A stretch of 64,000 nt of DNA from Heptranchias perlo. Its lineage: Eukaryota. The position numbers and the translations under genes are program-made. The DNA lies in contig NW_027138451.1 in assembly GCF_035084215.1 (NCBI RefSeq), forward strand, positions 1,488,001-1,552,000. The letters are read 5' to 3'. This document shows, piece by piece, positions 10,901 to 24,614 of the stretch; the stretch's first letter is position 1, and every line of letters begins with the position of its first letter. The notes below the pieces were generated by a model. It worked only from the letters and a program-made list of their open reading frames with translations, was not told where the DNA came from and searched no databases.

Positions 10901-12990
10901 ACTGTATATATTTAAAAGTATTAAAGATACAGTTTCAAATAAGATACTTTCAACTGAAATAAGAATATGAAATGAATTCAGACTTGCACATTGTCTCAGA
11001 GACTGAATTACACAATGAATCCCTCACTGAGATAAAGTAGCAGATAATGGCAGATATAGAACGAATCCCACACTCACATATAGTACCAGAGACTGACAGA
11101 TACAGAATGAATCTCGCACTCACAAACAGTACCAGAGACTGACAGATACACATTGAATCCATCACTTACATATAGTACCCCTGAGACTGACAGATGCAGA
11201 ATATACCCCATGCTCACAGACATTACCAGAGACTGACAGATACAGAATTAATCCCACACTCACATATAGCACCAGAGACTGACAGATACAGAATGAATCT
11301 TACAGTTACATTACTGCAGACTGAGCTACACATTAAATACCAGTCCAAAAATCTCATTGGGTCACATTGAAAGATACAGCACCAATTCCATTGGTGCAGA
11401 CTGAGCGACATATTCTATATATATAAATACTTATGTTATACTGAGATAAATATTATCAATACCATTGGTACAGACTGAGATACACATTACATACGAGTCC
11501 AAAATCAAATAAATGATCAGACTGGAAGATATAGTTTAAATTCTATTAGCACCGCCTGAGCTAAACAGTATATAACACTCCAACAATCTCACACAATATT
11601 AGACTGAAAGATACAGTACCAATTCCAGTAGCACAGACTGAGCTATATGTTACTCACCAGTCCAAAAATCTCATACAGTATTGGACTCAGATACAGAATT
11701 AATCCCATTATTTCAGACTGAACGACACATTACAGACCAGTCCAGTAATTTCACCATCAACAGATTGAAAGTTACATTATCACACGCATGGATTAAAGAA
11801 AATCGAAAAGTGCATCCATATAAATAAATTAAATACTCCAAGAAGAACTGTATATATTTTGAAGTGGTAAAGATACAGTTTCAAATACGATACTGTGAAC
11901 TGAAATAAGAATATGGAATGAATCCAGACTTGCACATTGTCTCAGAGACTGAATTACAGACTGAATCACACACTGCGATAAAGTAGCAGAGAATGGCAGA
12001 TACAGAATGTATCCCCCACATACACAGACAGCACCAGAGACTGACAGATACAGAATGAATACATCACTTATATATAGCGCCAGAGACTGACAGATACAGA
12101 ATTAATCCCACACTCACATAAAGCACCAGAGACTGAGAGATACAGAATGAATCCATCACTTATATCTAGTACCTGAGACTGACAGATGCAGAATGTATCT
12201 CATGCTCACACTCATTACCAGAGACTGACAGATACAGAATGAATCCCAAACTCACGCACAGCACCAGAGACAGACAGATACAGAATAAACCCCACTCTCA
12301 TATACAGTACCAGAGACTGACAGATACAGATATATTTTGAAGTGGTAAAGATACAGTTTCAAATACGATACTGTGAACTGAAATAAGAATATAGAATGAA
12401 TCCAGACTTGCACATTGTCTCAGAGACTGAATTACAGAATGAATCCCACACTGAGATAAAGTAGCAGAGAATGGCAGATACAGAATGTATCCCCCACATA
12501 CACAGTCCCTCTCATATACAGTGCCAGAGATAGACAGATATAGAATAAACCCCACTCTCATTTACAGTGCCAGAGATAGACAGATACAGAATAAACCCCA
12601 CTCTCATATACAGTGCCAGAGATAGACAGATACAGAATAAACCCCACTCTCATATACAGTGCCAGAGATAGACAGATACAGAATAAACCCCACTCTCATA
12701 TACAGTGACAGAGATAGACAGATACAGAATAAACCCCACTCTCATATACAGTGACAGAGACTGACAGATACAGAATAAACCCCACTCTCATATACAGTAC
12801 CAGAGATAGATACAGAATAAACCCACTCTCATATACAGTACCAGAGATAGACAGATGCAGAATAAACCCCACTCTCATATAGAGTACCAGAGATAGACAG
12901 ATACAGAATAAACCCCACTCTCATATACAGTGCCAGAGATAGACAGATACAGAATAAAGCCCACTCTCATATACAGTACCAGAGACTGAC
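7940..12990. repeat. Composite satellite block: 44-bp repeats (two subtypes) interleaved with degenerate ~80-bp repeats
   Basis: Subtype A is CAGTACCAGAGACTGACAGATACAGAATGAATCCCACACTCACACA-like. Subtype B is CAGTGCCAGAGATAGACAGATACAGAATAAACCCCACTCTCATATA-like (12510-12990). The longer unit contains CAGACTGAGCTACACATTACATACCAGTCCAAAAATCTC. Confidence 0.9.
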
Positions 12991-13689
12991 CTCTACTGGA
13001 CGTAAGCGAGAACTGTAAAAGAGTGGAACAAATTCACATGATCTGTCATGGTGACAGAAACAGGACAATGTGCAATGTGAGGAAAGGTTTCTGTCTGTAA
13101 TTTTCACTCTCGTATTTTTGCACTTTTTAATAGAGAAAAATGAAGATAATTGATTAATAATAAAGTTTTAGCTTCACTCATTCAATAGTTGTCAATTTGC
13201 TCGATCATATTTCACTGTACATTGCGCAGTATTTCTCTCTGATTTCTCAGGACACGATTTACATTGTTCCTCTGCCCATTTAGACTGTTATTTTCCAAGC
13301 AGTATGTGGCCTCCTTATTCCCCCTAACGAAATGCAGCATCGCAAACCTTTCTATATTGAGATTCAATGGCCATTTAAACAGCCTTCTGCAAGTTTATTT
13401 TGCCGCAGTCTTCCTCAGTATTGACTATACCCCAAAATCAATTACAAGAATTTTACACAGCATTACAACTAATGTTTGGTCTAACAAAATGTACTTGCAG
13501 CTCGTCTCCATTCCCAGTTTTTCTCAATCCCACCCGTGCAATATAATGTGAAGAATTAGTTTCTGTTCTGTCCCTCTCTCATCTTCAAACTTCAATGTCC
13601 CGGGGTTTGGGGAGATCTACTGGCCGGAAGCAGAACTGCAACAGTTCGGAACAAATTGCTGAAAGCGGACAGTGTGCGGTGTGAGCGTG

Positions 13690-13850
13690 TTTGTGATTGG
13701 TGGCAGATACTGAATCTGATTGGATATCTAAAGAAACCAATCAGAGAGTTACAGTTAATAATTATTGTGACCTCACTCCCAATGACCCAATCACAATCAT
13801 TGCCCTCCCCATCCTTCATTACCATAGGTCTGTGGGACTGCCTATTTAAT
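13690..13850 (+). promoter_or_regulatory. H2B promoter: five CCAAT/ATTGG boxes and TATTTAA
   Basis: ATTGG at ~13696 and ~13719, CCAAT at 13737, 13779 and 13787, TATTTAA at 13842. No ATTTGCAT octamer seen. Confidence 0.7.
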
Positions 13851-13901
13851 CCGAGCTCGGAGCGGATTGGGTCATTTCTGGGTCTGAAATTGAGTTTGGA
13901 A

Positions 13902-14276
13902 ATGCCTGAGGACAAGAAAGCAGCTCCCAAGAAGGGCGCCAAGAAAACCTTGAGTAAAGCACCAGGCAAAGGCGGCAAGAAGCGGAGAAAGTCGAGGAAG
14001 GAGAGTTACGGCATCTACATCTACAAAGTGATGAAGCAGGTTCACCCGGACACCGGCATCTCCTCCAAGGCCATGGGCATCATGAACTCCTTTGTGAGCG
14101 ATATTTTCGAGCGCATCGCGGGTGAGGCTTCCCGCCTGGCCCATTACAACAAGCGGGCGACCATCAGCTCCCGGGAGATCCAGACCGCCGTGCGCCTGCT
14201 GCTGCCCGGGGAACTGGCCAAGCACGCCGTGTCGGAAGGGACAAAGGCGGTGACCAAATACACCAGCTCCAAGTAA
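13902..14276 (+). CDS. H2B: Histone H2B (124 aa)
   Basis: [12 protein letters not shown]...[14 protein letters not shown]...AVTKYTSSK. Stem-loop GGCTCTTTTAAGAGCC at 14308-14323. The true start is the ATG at 13902, not the longer ORF. Confidence 0.98.
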   Translation: MPEDKKAAPKKGAKKTLSKAPGKGGKKRRKSRKESYGIYIYKVMKQVHPDTGISSKAMGIMNSFVSDIFERIAGEASRLAHYNKRATISSREIQTAVRLLLPGELAKHAVSEGTKAVTKYTSSK

Positions 14277-14429
14277 AACTCCACAAACAACTGAAAAAAA
14301 ACACAAAGGCTCTTTTAAGAGCCACCCACAGTCTCTCTGAAGACGCTGTACCGACACCTCTGTATGGAATCATTTTACTGCAGATAGTTTGATAATAACT
14401 GTCTCTCTATAACGGCAATTGATACTAGC

Positions 14430-14597
14430 TCAATTGCTAAATTTCAATCTGATGTAGATAGCTCTTTGGCAACCAAAGGTATTAAGGGATATGGGCCAAA
14501 GGCGAGTATATGGAGTTAGATCACAGATCAGCCATGATCTTATCAAATGGAGCAGGAAAGAGGGGCTGAAAGGCCTACTCCATGTTTCTATGTTCTT
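14430..14597 (+). mobile_element. CR1 3' end fragment in the H2B-H2A spacer (present in every unit: ~30815-30980, ~47180-47345, ~62705-62850)
   Basis: GTATTAAGGGATATGGG...CAGATCAGCCATGATCTTATCAAATGG...GGGGCTGAA.GGCCTACTCC..CTATGTTC. Confidence 0.75.
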
Positions 14598-15421
14598 GTG
14601 CTTTTGTAAATTCTCTTGAAATCTGGAAGATTCTTGTATTCATTGCCCGGTATAATCTGTGTGTCGCTTTTTTATTTAGTCCCAATAACCAATAAACATG
14701 TCCCTGATCCTCTCATTCCCGCTCATATTCCACCCCTTCCCCCGCATCTGCCCCGTCAGAGCCGTTTTAAGGCGGGGGATTAGACTTCAGTCATTTCTTT
14801 CTCCATTTCACCTTTGTTTGTTCATTATTCAGGGATATCACTTTCAGAACCGCAATCCTTTGTAAAGCAGCAATCCCGAAAGGGTGTTCACACCGAGTAC
14901 AGAATAGTCTAAAGGCTCTCTCACTGTTCCACTTCTTACACCAGGAGTCTCGGCTCCGGTTTCGATCCCGCAGCAGCTCCTGTGAACAGGGATCAATCCA
15001 CAATCTGGGGTTTGTTACTTTTACAAAGATTGAGCTGGAATCTGTCCCGTTACAAAATGGGACTTTATTCCCGCCCGATTGACAGCGAACGCTGAATGAA
15101 GGCGGATTTTAACCGGATTGTAAAAGATTCTGGAAGTTGTGACGGGAAATGTGGAATAACAGAGTAAAAGGAGTGAGATTTTTAAATCTTTCTCTGTACG
15201 CGACATTATTTACTAAATCCGCTTCTTGTGTTGGAAATATATTGGCGGGCTTTTCAAATTTCAAAAACGGTTCAGTTCGGGATTTTCCGCACTTTTCTCA
15301 TTGCTGGCTACTGATTGGTGAATAAAGCAGCTCTCTGATTGGTTCATAGAACAGCCCAATGAGATTGAGAGCAGGTGGGCCAATCACAAGTGCCTCCACT
15401 GTACTCCTCCAGAAGGTATAA

Positions 15422-15871
<450 letters not shown>

Positions 15872-16044
15872 AGCGGCCAAGACTTAACCTGATAACCCAA
15901 AGGCTCTTTTCAGAGCCACCCACTGTCTCTATGAAAGGGCTGGTTACTGTCTGAAGAGAGTCAGGAATCAATTTAATAAGGACTTGATTCCGATTCGAGA
16001 ACTAACAATAACTTGTTAAATACAAATGATCCATATCGGTTTGT

Positions 16045-16077
16045 TGAAGTTTTCGCTTCCGGACAGCAGATGTCGCC
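16045..16077 (+). promoter_or_regulatory. Putative CTCF site downstream of H2A (also 32445-32459, 48811-48825, 61279-61293 on -)
   Basis: ACAGCAGA(T/G)GTCGCC matches the CTCF core and is retained in all four H2A flanks. Confidence 0.55.
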
Positions 16078-16274
16078 AATCTGCAATAGAGTGAAATTTG
16101 CAGTTTGTCTGGTGAATGAGACAAAATATCAGAATTGTCATTGAACTGGGCGGGTGGGATACAGAAATATCAGGGACGTTTGATCATCGGCATCAAGATA
16201 CATTCTGTTGTGTTCCACCCAATATTATTTACTGTCTCATCCTCCGACAACACTTGCTCGGTCTGTATTATTTT

Positions 16275-16402
16275 ATGATGTGGACATGCCGGTGATGGAC
16301 TGGGGTTGACAATTGTAAACAATTTTACAACACCAAGTTATAGTCCAACACATTTATTTTAAATTAAATTCCACAAGCTTTCGGAGGCTTCCTCCTTCGT
16401 CG
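16275..16402 (-). mobile_element. Penelope-like short element with truncated hammerhead motif
   Basis: Same family as 2898 and 49022. The core reads CTCGACGA instead of CTGACGA at the truncation point. Inserted after TGTATTATTTT. Confidence 0.75.
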
Positions 16403-16892
16403 AGTGGATGGTCTGGACCTCATGTGAAAGAGTGGGGTCGGAATGAGAACTTTCTGCAGCTGTTTGCCAGAACTTTCTCTGTCCGAATGAGGCACTGGAG
16501 GTGATGAGAGTCAGTCTGGTGGAATTCACCTCCCTCCAGTCCTTCGTGTGTGTGAAATAAAGCTGTCTCCGTTAAAAATCCCTCATGTTGTTTCGTCTGG
16601 AATTGGCACTCCTGTCTGTCTGGTGTTGAATCTTAGTCTAAAATGAACAGCTGCCATAAAACGTTGATCGGCTCTGTTCCCATCTCTCCGCTGTTATGAT
16701 GGGCCAACAGTTTTGTCAGGCCGTCCCGTCTAACATCCGCTCCCTCCCCTTTCTGCATGTCCCGTTTAATCAAATTTCTGTGAACTGCACGGCCCTGCGA
16801 TTTCAACCCAGGAGATCACCGCTCTTTCCTTTGCTGATTTGGTGGCTCTGAAAAGAGCCTTTGTTGCACTTGGTGCTGAAGCCGGGTCGGGT

Positions 16893-17579
<687 letters not shown>

Positions 17580-18256
17580 TTAATCATCAATTTCAAAAAG
17601 CCCGCCAATTTCAGAGCATCAAATAACAGTTTCAAGAAAATCTCATTTCCCTCCAGCAATGTAAGAATCTCTCTCTTTATAATCTCCATTATTTCCCACT
17701 CCTCAGCTCAAATCTCAGGCTGGTTCACATTCCGGTTCATTCTCTGACCTGTCTGTAAACGGGCGGGAATAAAGCCCCGCTCATTGCTTTCCGGAACGGG
17801 AAAAAGTCCAGCTTCAAATTCAAAAATCCCGCCAGTTCCGACCCGGTGAACCGCTCCTCACACAGAAACTTCACATTGAACTGATAATTGAATGAGGGCA
17901 GGGAATAAACACCGAGCAGAGAGGGACACAGCGGGAGAGGGAGTGAGGCGGGATTTTACTCTGAGCGGAGAATGTAATGTCTGGGGAAAGACTCTGCATC
18001 CCCGCCTGTTCATTTATACCGTGGAACCCGGAACTCCGCTCCTTCTGTCGGGATGGCCGAGAACCCCGGTCGTTTTTCAGATCTCCCTGTAACGAGTGCT
18101 GGAGAAATATCCCCACATTAATAGATTATCGGAAACTCCTTCCCGGCCCGAGATCTTCCTTCTCCCCCCTTGCCAGATCACTGCTCCCTCTGTGAGGCGG
18201 TGGGCGGCTCTGAGAAGAGCCTTTGTTTTGTGTTTGGTTGGAAAGTGTCGAGTCGT

Positions 18257-18577
<321 letters not shown>

Positions 18578-18679
18578 TCACTGATATCGCTGTTGAATGA
18601 AAAGCGAACTTGTGCTGGTTCCGTTTTTATGCAGCCTGCCCCGACCTGACTGAAACATGTACAGAGTGAAAGAGGGAGG

Positions 18680-19700
18680 GGAGGAGACAGAGTGGGATAT
18701 TAAACAGAGAGGGGAGGAGACAGAGTGAGATATTAAACAGAGAGGGGAGGAGACAGAATGGGATATTAAACAGAGAGGGGAGGAGAGAGAGTGAGATATT
18801 AAACAGAGAGGGGAGGAGAGAGAGTGAGATATTAAACAGAGAGGGGAGGAGAGAGAGTGAGATATTAAACAGAGAGGGGAGGAGAGAGAGTGAGATATTA
18901 AACAGAGAGGGGAGGAGACAGAGTGGGATATTAAACAGAGAGGGGAGGAGACAGAGTGAGATATTAAACAGAGAGGGGAGGAGACAGAGTGAGACATTAA
19001 ACAGAGAGGGGAGAAGACAGAGTGAGATATTAAACAGAGAGGGGAGGAGACAGAGTGAGATATTAAACAGAGAGGGGAGGAGAGAGAGTGAGATATTAAA
19101 CAGAGAGGGGAGGAGACAGAGTGAGACATTAAACAGAGAGGGGAGGAGACAGAATGAGATATTAAACAGAGAGGGGAGGAGAGAGAGTGAGATATTAAAC
19201 AGGGAGGGGAGGAGACAGAGTGAGATATTAAACAGGGAGGGGAGGAGACAGAGTGAGATATTAAACAGAGAGGGGAGGAGAGAGAGTGAGATATTAAACA
19301 GAGAGGGGAGGAGAGAGAGTGAGATATTAAACAGGGAGGGGAGGAGACAGAGTGAGATATTAAACAGAGAGGGGAGGAGACAGAATGAGATATTAAACAG
19401 AGAGGGGAGGAGACAGAGTGAGACATTAAACAGAGAGGGGAGGAGACAGAGTGAGATATTAAACAGAGAGGGGAGGAGAGAGAGTGAGATATTAAACAGA
19501 GAGGGGAGGAGACAGAGTGAGACATTAAACAGAGAGGGGAGGAGACAGAGTGAGATATTAAACAGAGAGGGGAGGAGACAGAGTGAGATATTAAACAGAG
19601 AGGGGAGGAGACAGAGTGAGACATTAAACAGAGAGGGGAGGAGACAGAGTGAGATATTAAACAGAGAGGGGAGGAGACAGAGTGAGATATTAAACGGAGG
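18680..19700. repeat. 33-bp purine-rich minisatellite upstream of H4, ~31 copies
   Basis: AGAGTGAGATATTAAACAGAGAGGGGAGGAGAC. TAAAC recurs from 18701 to 19691 at 33-bp period. Confidence 0.95.
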
Positions 19701-20391
19701 GGCGGAGAGAGTCAGAGTGACGGACAGTGCGGTCTCTGATCTTCCAGCTCCACCTCCAGCTTTCTCCAACGGCCAATTTCAAACCGTTTATCGATAACTG
19801 AACCGAAACACAGCGCTCCGCACAAACCCTTACAGACTCCGCCTTCATATTTAAGAATTCCCAGAAACCCGGAGCTTTTAAATAAGCCCCGTTACAATTA
19901 ACAGTCAGTAATATTCCTGCCTGAACGAGTCAACCCGCCTCCTTCCATTTCAGTCCCAGACCCGATTCTATTCCCCCACACATCCCCTCCCAGACGGGTT
20001 CAGCAGTTCATAAACACATTATTCCAGCTGATTGGAGAATCTCATGTGTTGCGGTTTGAATTGTGATTGCGACGGATCTCCGTCAGTTTTACTCTGTCAC
20101 GGATTCTCGCCCTGAATCTGTGAGAAAAAAATGAACTGGGAGAGAAGGTGAACACGCCCCAGTTCCAGTGAGGCCCGGCCCGGATATCCCATTCTCCCTA
20201 TTTTATATCAGACAGTGGGAGTGGGGCGGGTGTAGCGAATGTCAGCGAGTCACCAGGACCCTGGGATTATTGTAAATGATTTCTATCTGAAACCTGAGCC
20301 CGGCCCCGGGACAGGAATCATCTGATTCCGGGATCAGCTCTTTTCGAAGAGACGTGGGTGGCTCTGAGAAGAGCCGTTGGGTTCAGATTTT

Positions 20392-21015
20392 TTACTTCTT
20401 TTTGCCCGCTGCTTTCTGAGGCTTTGCTGACTTCTGCTTGGGCTTGGCCCTCGGTTTTTGCACCTTCTTCGCCTTTACTGTCTTGGGGGTCTTGGGCTTC
20501 TTAGCCGCCGCTTTCTTCTTAATTGGGGATTTCGCCGCCTTCTTTGTGGTCGATTTCTTGACCGCTGGTTTCTTGACCGCTGGTTTCTTGGCCGTTAATT
20601 TCTTGGCTGCTGTTTTCGTTGCCGCTAGTTTCTTTCCGGGAGATTTCTTGGTTCCTTGTTTCTTCAGCTTCTTTCTCACTTTTGCCTGGGTTTCCTTCTT
20701 AGCGACTCTGAAGGAGCCCGAGGCGCCCGTGCCCTTGATCTGCACCAGGGAGCCTTTTTCCACATTTCTCTTGATACTTAGTTTGATCTGGGACCGGTGC
20801 TTCTCCACATCCAGGCCTTTGGTAGCCAGATCCTTCTTTATCGCGGCCAGGGATATCCCCTTGCGATCCTTGCAATCTGCCACAATCTTGAGGATCTGTT
20901 CTCCCAAACTGGGACCGGCTGTCTTGGGTCGGAGAACCGCCTTCTTCTTCTTCGGAGCATTGGTTTGAGCAGCGGCGGCGGGAGCTGCCGTTTCGGCGGC
21001 TGCAGTATCTGTCAT
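20392..21015 (-). CDS. H1: Linker histone H1 (207 aa)
   Basis: Globular domain (..[11 protein letters not shown]...[17 protein letters not shown]) and Lys/Ala/Pro-rich tail. Stem-loop at 20360-20375. H1 box AAACACA at ~21140-21146. Confidence 0.96.
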   Translation of the reverse strand: MTDTAAAETAAPAAAAQTNAPKKKKAVLRPKTAGPSLGEQILKIVADCKDRKGISLAAIKKDLATKGLDVEKHRSQIKLSIKRNVEKGSLVQIKGTGASGSFRVAKKETQAKVRKKLKKQGTKKSPGKKLAATKTAAKKLTAKKPAVKKPAVKKSTTKKAAKSPIKKKAAAKKPKTPKTVKAKKVQKPRAKPKQKSAKPQKAAGKKK

Positions 21016-23181
21016 GTCCTGGACGCTGGAGAAAATCTCTGACAGTCAGAGCTGGGTCAGAAATGAAACGAGAGGCGGCGGCACAGAGCGGACGGGGCGG
21101 AGACACCCTGCTGTCAGCTCCCGGCCCCTCCAGCCTCTCTGTGTTTCTCTCTCCTCTTAAACTCCCCGATTCTAATTAAAATCGGGCACTCCAGAGTCCC
21201 AGACTAGCCCCTTCCCATCTCTAACACCGGAATGTTTGCTGTCCAAAAACTTTCACCGTAATTAAAAGCACCAGTTTCGATTTAAACCCGTTTCATTGCT
21301 GCACTGATCGCGCTCTCTCACATGATCGCTGACATGATCTCTGTTTTTCGGCTGAAATCTTGAATTGAACTAAAACCGTACCTTAAATTTTCACTTCGGG
21401 TCTCGGCAGGGGAGGAGGGCGATCCTTTGACAGGGATTTTTAAAAATTTTACTCAAAAGGGACTCGGACATCCGGCGATGAGGCCGGACACACAAACACA
21501 GTGACATTAATCTAACCCGCCCGCCCCTTTAACACACAGACTCTGACACAATGTTCACATCTGTCCATTCACAGGACAAACTGTTCACCAGATTGACAAT
21601 TCCCGGGACAGGCTTTCTTCCCCGCTCGGCCTGAGCTGCGGATTCTCGGGGGTTAGTTGTAGTTTCCCAGTTGAGTAACTGTGAAACACTCTGAGGCCGG
21701 CGCTCCTCACAGTCTCTGGTCCCCAGATTCAGGAGCAGGAGCCAATCACAGCTGTGACTGTGATCATCCATGTCTGGCTTTACATAATTATATTGTTCGC
21801 ACACAGAAATATGTTTGGTTAAGTTGAAAATTCAAATTATCCGCTCTGGGCTCCTCCAGTCTCTCTGTGTTTCCTTCTCCTGCGAAACTGACTGACAGAC
21901 AATCGTAACTGGTGTCCTATCCATCCCATTCTCCACACCCAGAGACGGCGAGTTACTGAATAAATTCAACACTCACAGACAGTCCGGAGTCAGACAGTTA
22001 CAGGCTGTTACCCTCCACCTATCCTTACAGGACTGGAGACGGATAAATGCACCGTCAGACCGGCTCATATATAATAGAAGGGACAGTAATCGTCTCACCA
22101 ACAGCACACAGACACAGAATCACTCTTTCACTTTCTATCAGTGTGTCTATATTACGCTCAGTAACAGTATCCCGAATTCATGTGCAGAACTGGAGAGAGA
22201 GAGAGACGGACCGGCAGATAAACGGACAGACAGAGAGACAGTCAGACAGACACAGTATCAGTCTCACACTTCCCATCAGTGTGTCCGTTTCACGCTCAGT
22301 AAACATTATCCCACCTTCATGTACAGCGCTTGAGAGACAGAGATACAGACAGACACAGTATCAGTCTCACACTTCCCATCAGTGTATCTGTATCATGCTC
22401 AATAACAGTATCCCAACTCCATATACAGTAGATGAGGGACAGAAAAACTGACCTGTTGTGAGCGGTTTTCACCCAGTAATAAATAGGGAACTATTCCATT
22501 CCAACTGCTATTCCAAGGTGCAGTGACAGAAGATACAGTCTCATCTCTAACTGATCATATTCCAGAGACAGACACATTATTAATCCCACTCTCAGGGACT
22601 GTGTCACATATTTAACGCTCTCTTGCACGTTGTACCCTCTGTAATCTTGCAGCAGAGGGCCGTTCAGTATTAATCTCAGTGACCGAGAGTTTCACTCCAA
22701 TTGAAATAAACTGGGACTGTTGCTGTCAGATATTCATCCTGCACAGTCCCAGCAAATACACCGACTCCCACTTTCCTCCCATGTTTCTCCAGGATTGGTT
22801 TGAGAAATCCTCCCTCCAGTTTCGGGATCAGGCGTTACTTTATCAGTAAAGGAGCCAAGAATGAACAGAACCCATTGGCACATTCCACAGCCGCCCACTT
22901 TATCTCTGAAAGACTCTTTCCCATCAAAAGATCCCGAGAGAAACAGCAGGGATGGAAACATCTAGTTTCAGAGTTGGAGATTGGAAAGTCAGTCTGGATT
23001 CCAGCGTTAGGCACTGGTGGAATCCCATCTGTTCCCCATTCTGCTGCCTGTTCCTGCACTGCCTGTGGACCCCATTCCCTCTGACCTTTCCCCCAGACCC
23101 ACTTCCTTTGCTCAGACTCGGAAAAATTCCAATTGGGGAAAGTTTCCATCGATTTCAGGATTGGGAATTAAACCAGATATC

Positions 23182-23305
23182 TGCGCATGCGTGACTCAGC
23201 CCCGCCCCCAGCACTGGTTGATGGGGAGCAGAAGAGCGCATGCGCGCTGCCCTCCCCCAGCCCGGCCTGTGGGCGCCATTCCCTCAGTGAGCGGAAGAAG
23301 ATGGT
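23182..23305 (+). promoter_or_regulatory. GC-rich non-histone promoter (copy 2)
   Basis: Same NRF1/AP-1/GC/ETS/YY1-like motifs as 6527-6650. Confidence 0.6.
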
Positions 23306-24136
23306 TTAAAACAGGCGGGAATGGAGAGATCACGGCCCCCGGGGGAAGGGAGCAAAGAGCAGCCTCGTTACAGCAGCTCATCGCTCCGGGACCGTGTCCG
23401 CAGATGGGCTCAGAGATCGGCATTGAGTCCGGGGGAAGGGCAGGGGGAGTCCGGGGGATGTTTGTAAGAGGCGGAGTGGATCAGGAACTGGTCCCGGAAC
23501 ATGGAGTGAGAGGGGGGGCGGAAGGGAGAGGTCATTCTCGGGCTGTGTGTGGACAGGGTGTGTCCAGGGGAAGGGAGAGAGAATGGGAAGAAGCTGCTAT
23601 TAAAATCATTGCTGCTTTCTCTCCCCAAACCAGGAGTGAATGGTCCTGGTTTAGTTCCAGTCTCCCCCTGTTTATTGTTATTGGACAGTGAAGAGTGGAA
23701 ACAGAACCGGACAGTAAGGATGTGGGGAGTTATACAAAGAGCATCTATTGCAGGCATCAGGCGAGAAGTGTGAAGGAGACATTTTAAACAGCGGCTGTTT
23801 GCTTTCAGTTGAACGGTTAGTCCCATGGGAGAGGGGATTAGAAACCTGACCTGTACAAAGGTCCCTGCCCCATCAGGTAGTCCCATTCATGGATCAGTGC
23901 AGGGGTTGGGTTGTGTCTGGATATCACTAAATTGTTTTAAAATCGCGCAAAACACCTGGTATTCAGAAGCTGAGTGCTGCAGTACTGCAGTGGAGTCAGA
24001 CACTGACTCTGTTTGTATCACTGGTTTTCATTTGTGGGTATTCAAGATAATTATTGACAGAGATATTAAACTGATCACTTTTGTATTTTCTACCTCACCT
24101 GTTCTTGAGTTACAAGAGATACGTTTCTTTCTACAG

Positions 24137-24361
24137 GCAAACCCTTGAAGGATCCAGAATGAATGTGAAGTTTCCTCCACCCGAGGCAAAGGAAGAGTGC
24201 AGCCAGCTCCTTCTCCCACACAGTAGGTATATTATCACTCACAGAGCACAGAGACACAGACAGGTCATCAGGTCCACAGTCTCAGACAGAAGAGGTAGTC
24301 AGTCCCACACTGATCCCAGGTTCCAGAGACACATTTTCAATCCAACAGTCAAACAGAGCAG
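24137..24361 (+). other. Putative 225-nt exon (copy 2)
   Basis: Same splice signals as copy 1 with a +3 nt in-frame indel. Confidence 0.45.
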
Positions 24362-24614
24362 GTGAGGCAGACGCTGTTTCCATTTCCCCCGAAATCAGTC
24401 CCGCTGACAGGAAGATCCAAAAATCCCAATCCAAAGTCACACTTTCAGATTGTCAATTTCACAAAAGGGCAACATTATCCGTGAATTAAATACCAGATAC
24501 CCCGAGATTACAATTAAATACTGGCCCAGAACTCTCACACACACGTGAGTTTAATACATGCAGTATCCATTCGAATAGCGGATCATGAGATACAAATTGC
24601 AAGTCCAAAACTCA

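Noticed and set aside
8251-12878. Many short Cys/Val/Ser-rich ORFs (MWDSFCICQSLVL...) in the satellite blocks
   Set aside because: Translations of 44-bp repeats that cycle through frames. Not zinc fingers or real genes.
13656-13901. N-terminally extended H2B, H3 and H2A ORFs in the track (206-262 aa, 170 aa)
   Set aside because: They start at non-ATG or far-upstream codons running through CCAAT/TATA promoters and are not preserved between units (frameshift in unit 3).
14942-14982. B-box-like GTTTCGATCCC within GGAG...CTCC in the H2B-H2A spacer
   Set aside because: No A box or cloverleaf, and the segment is deleted in the inverted unit (~62378).
18578-19769. 348-aa and 380-aa repetitive ORFs (SHSVSSPLCLI / SLCLLPSLFNI), also at 35.1-35.9 kb and 57.8-58.5 kb
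   Set aside because: By-product of a 33-bp (3n) stop-free minisatellite. Several frames are open and the length follows VNTR copy number.
24061-24075. ATCAGTTTAATATCT on the minus strand, matching part of U2 snRNA
   Set aside because: Only ~15 nt match. No U2 5' end, branch-pairing region or Sm site in the flanks.
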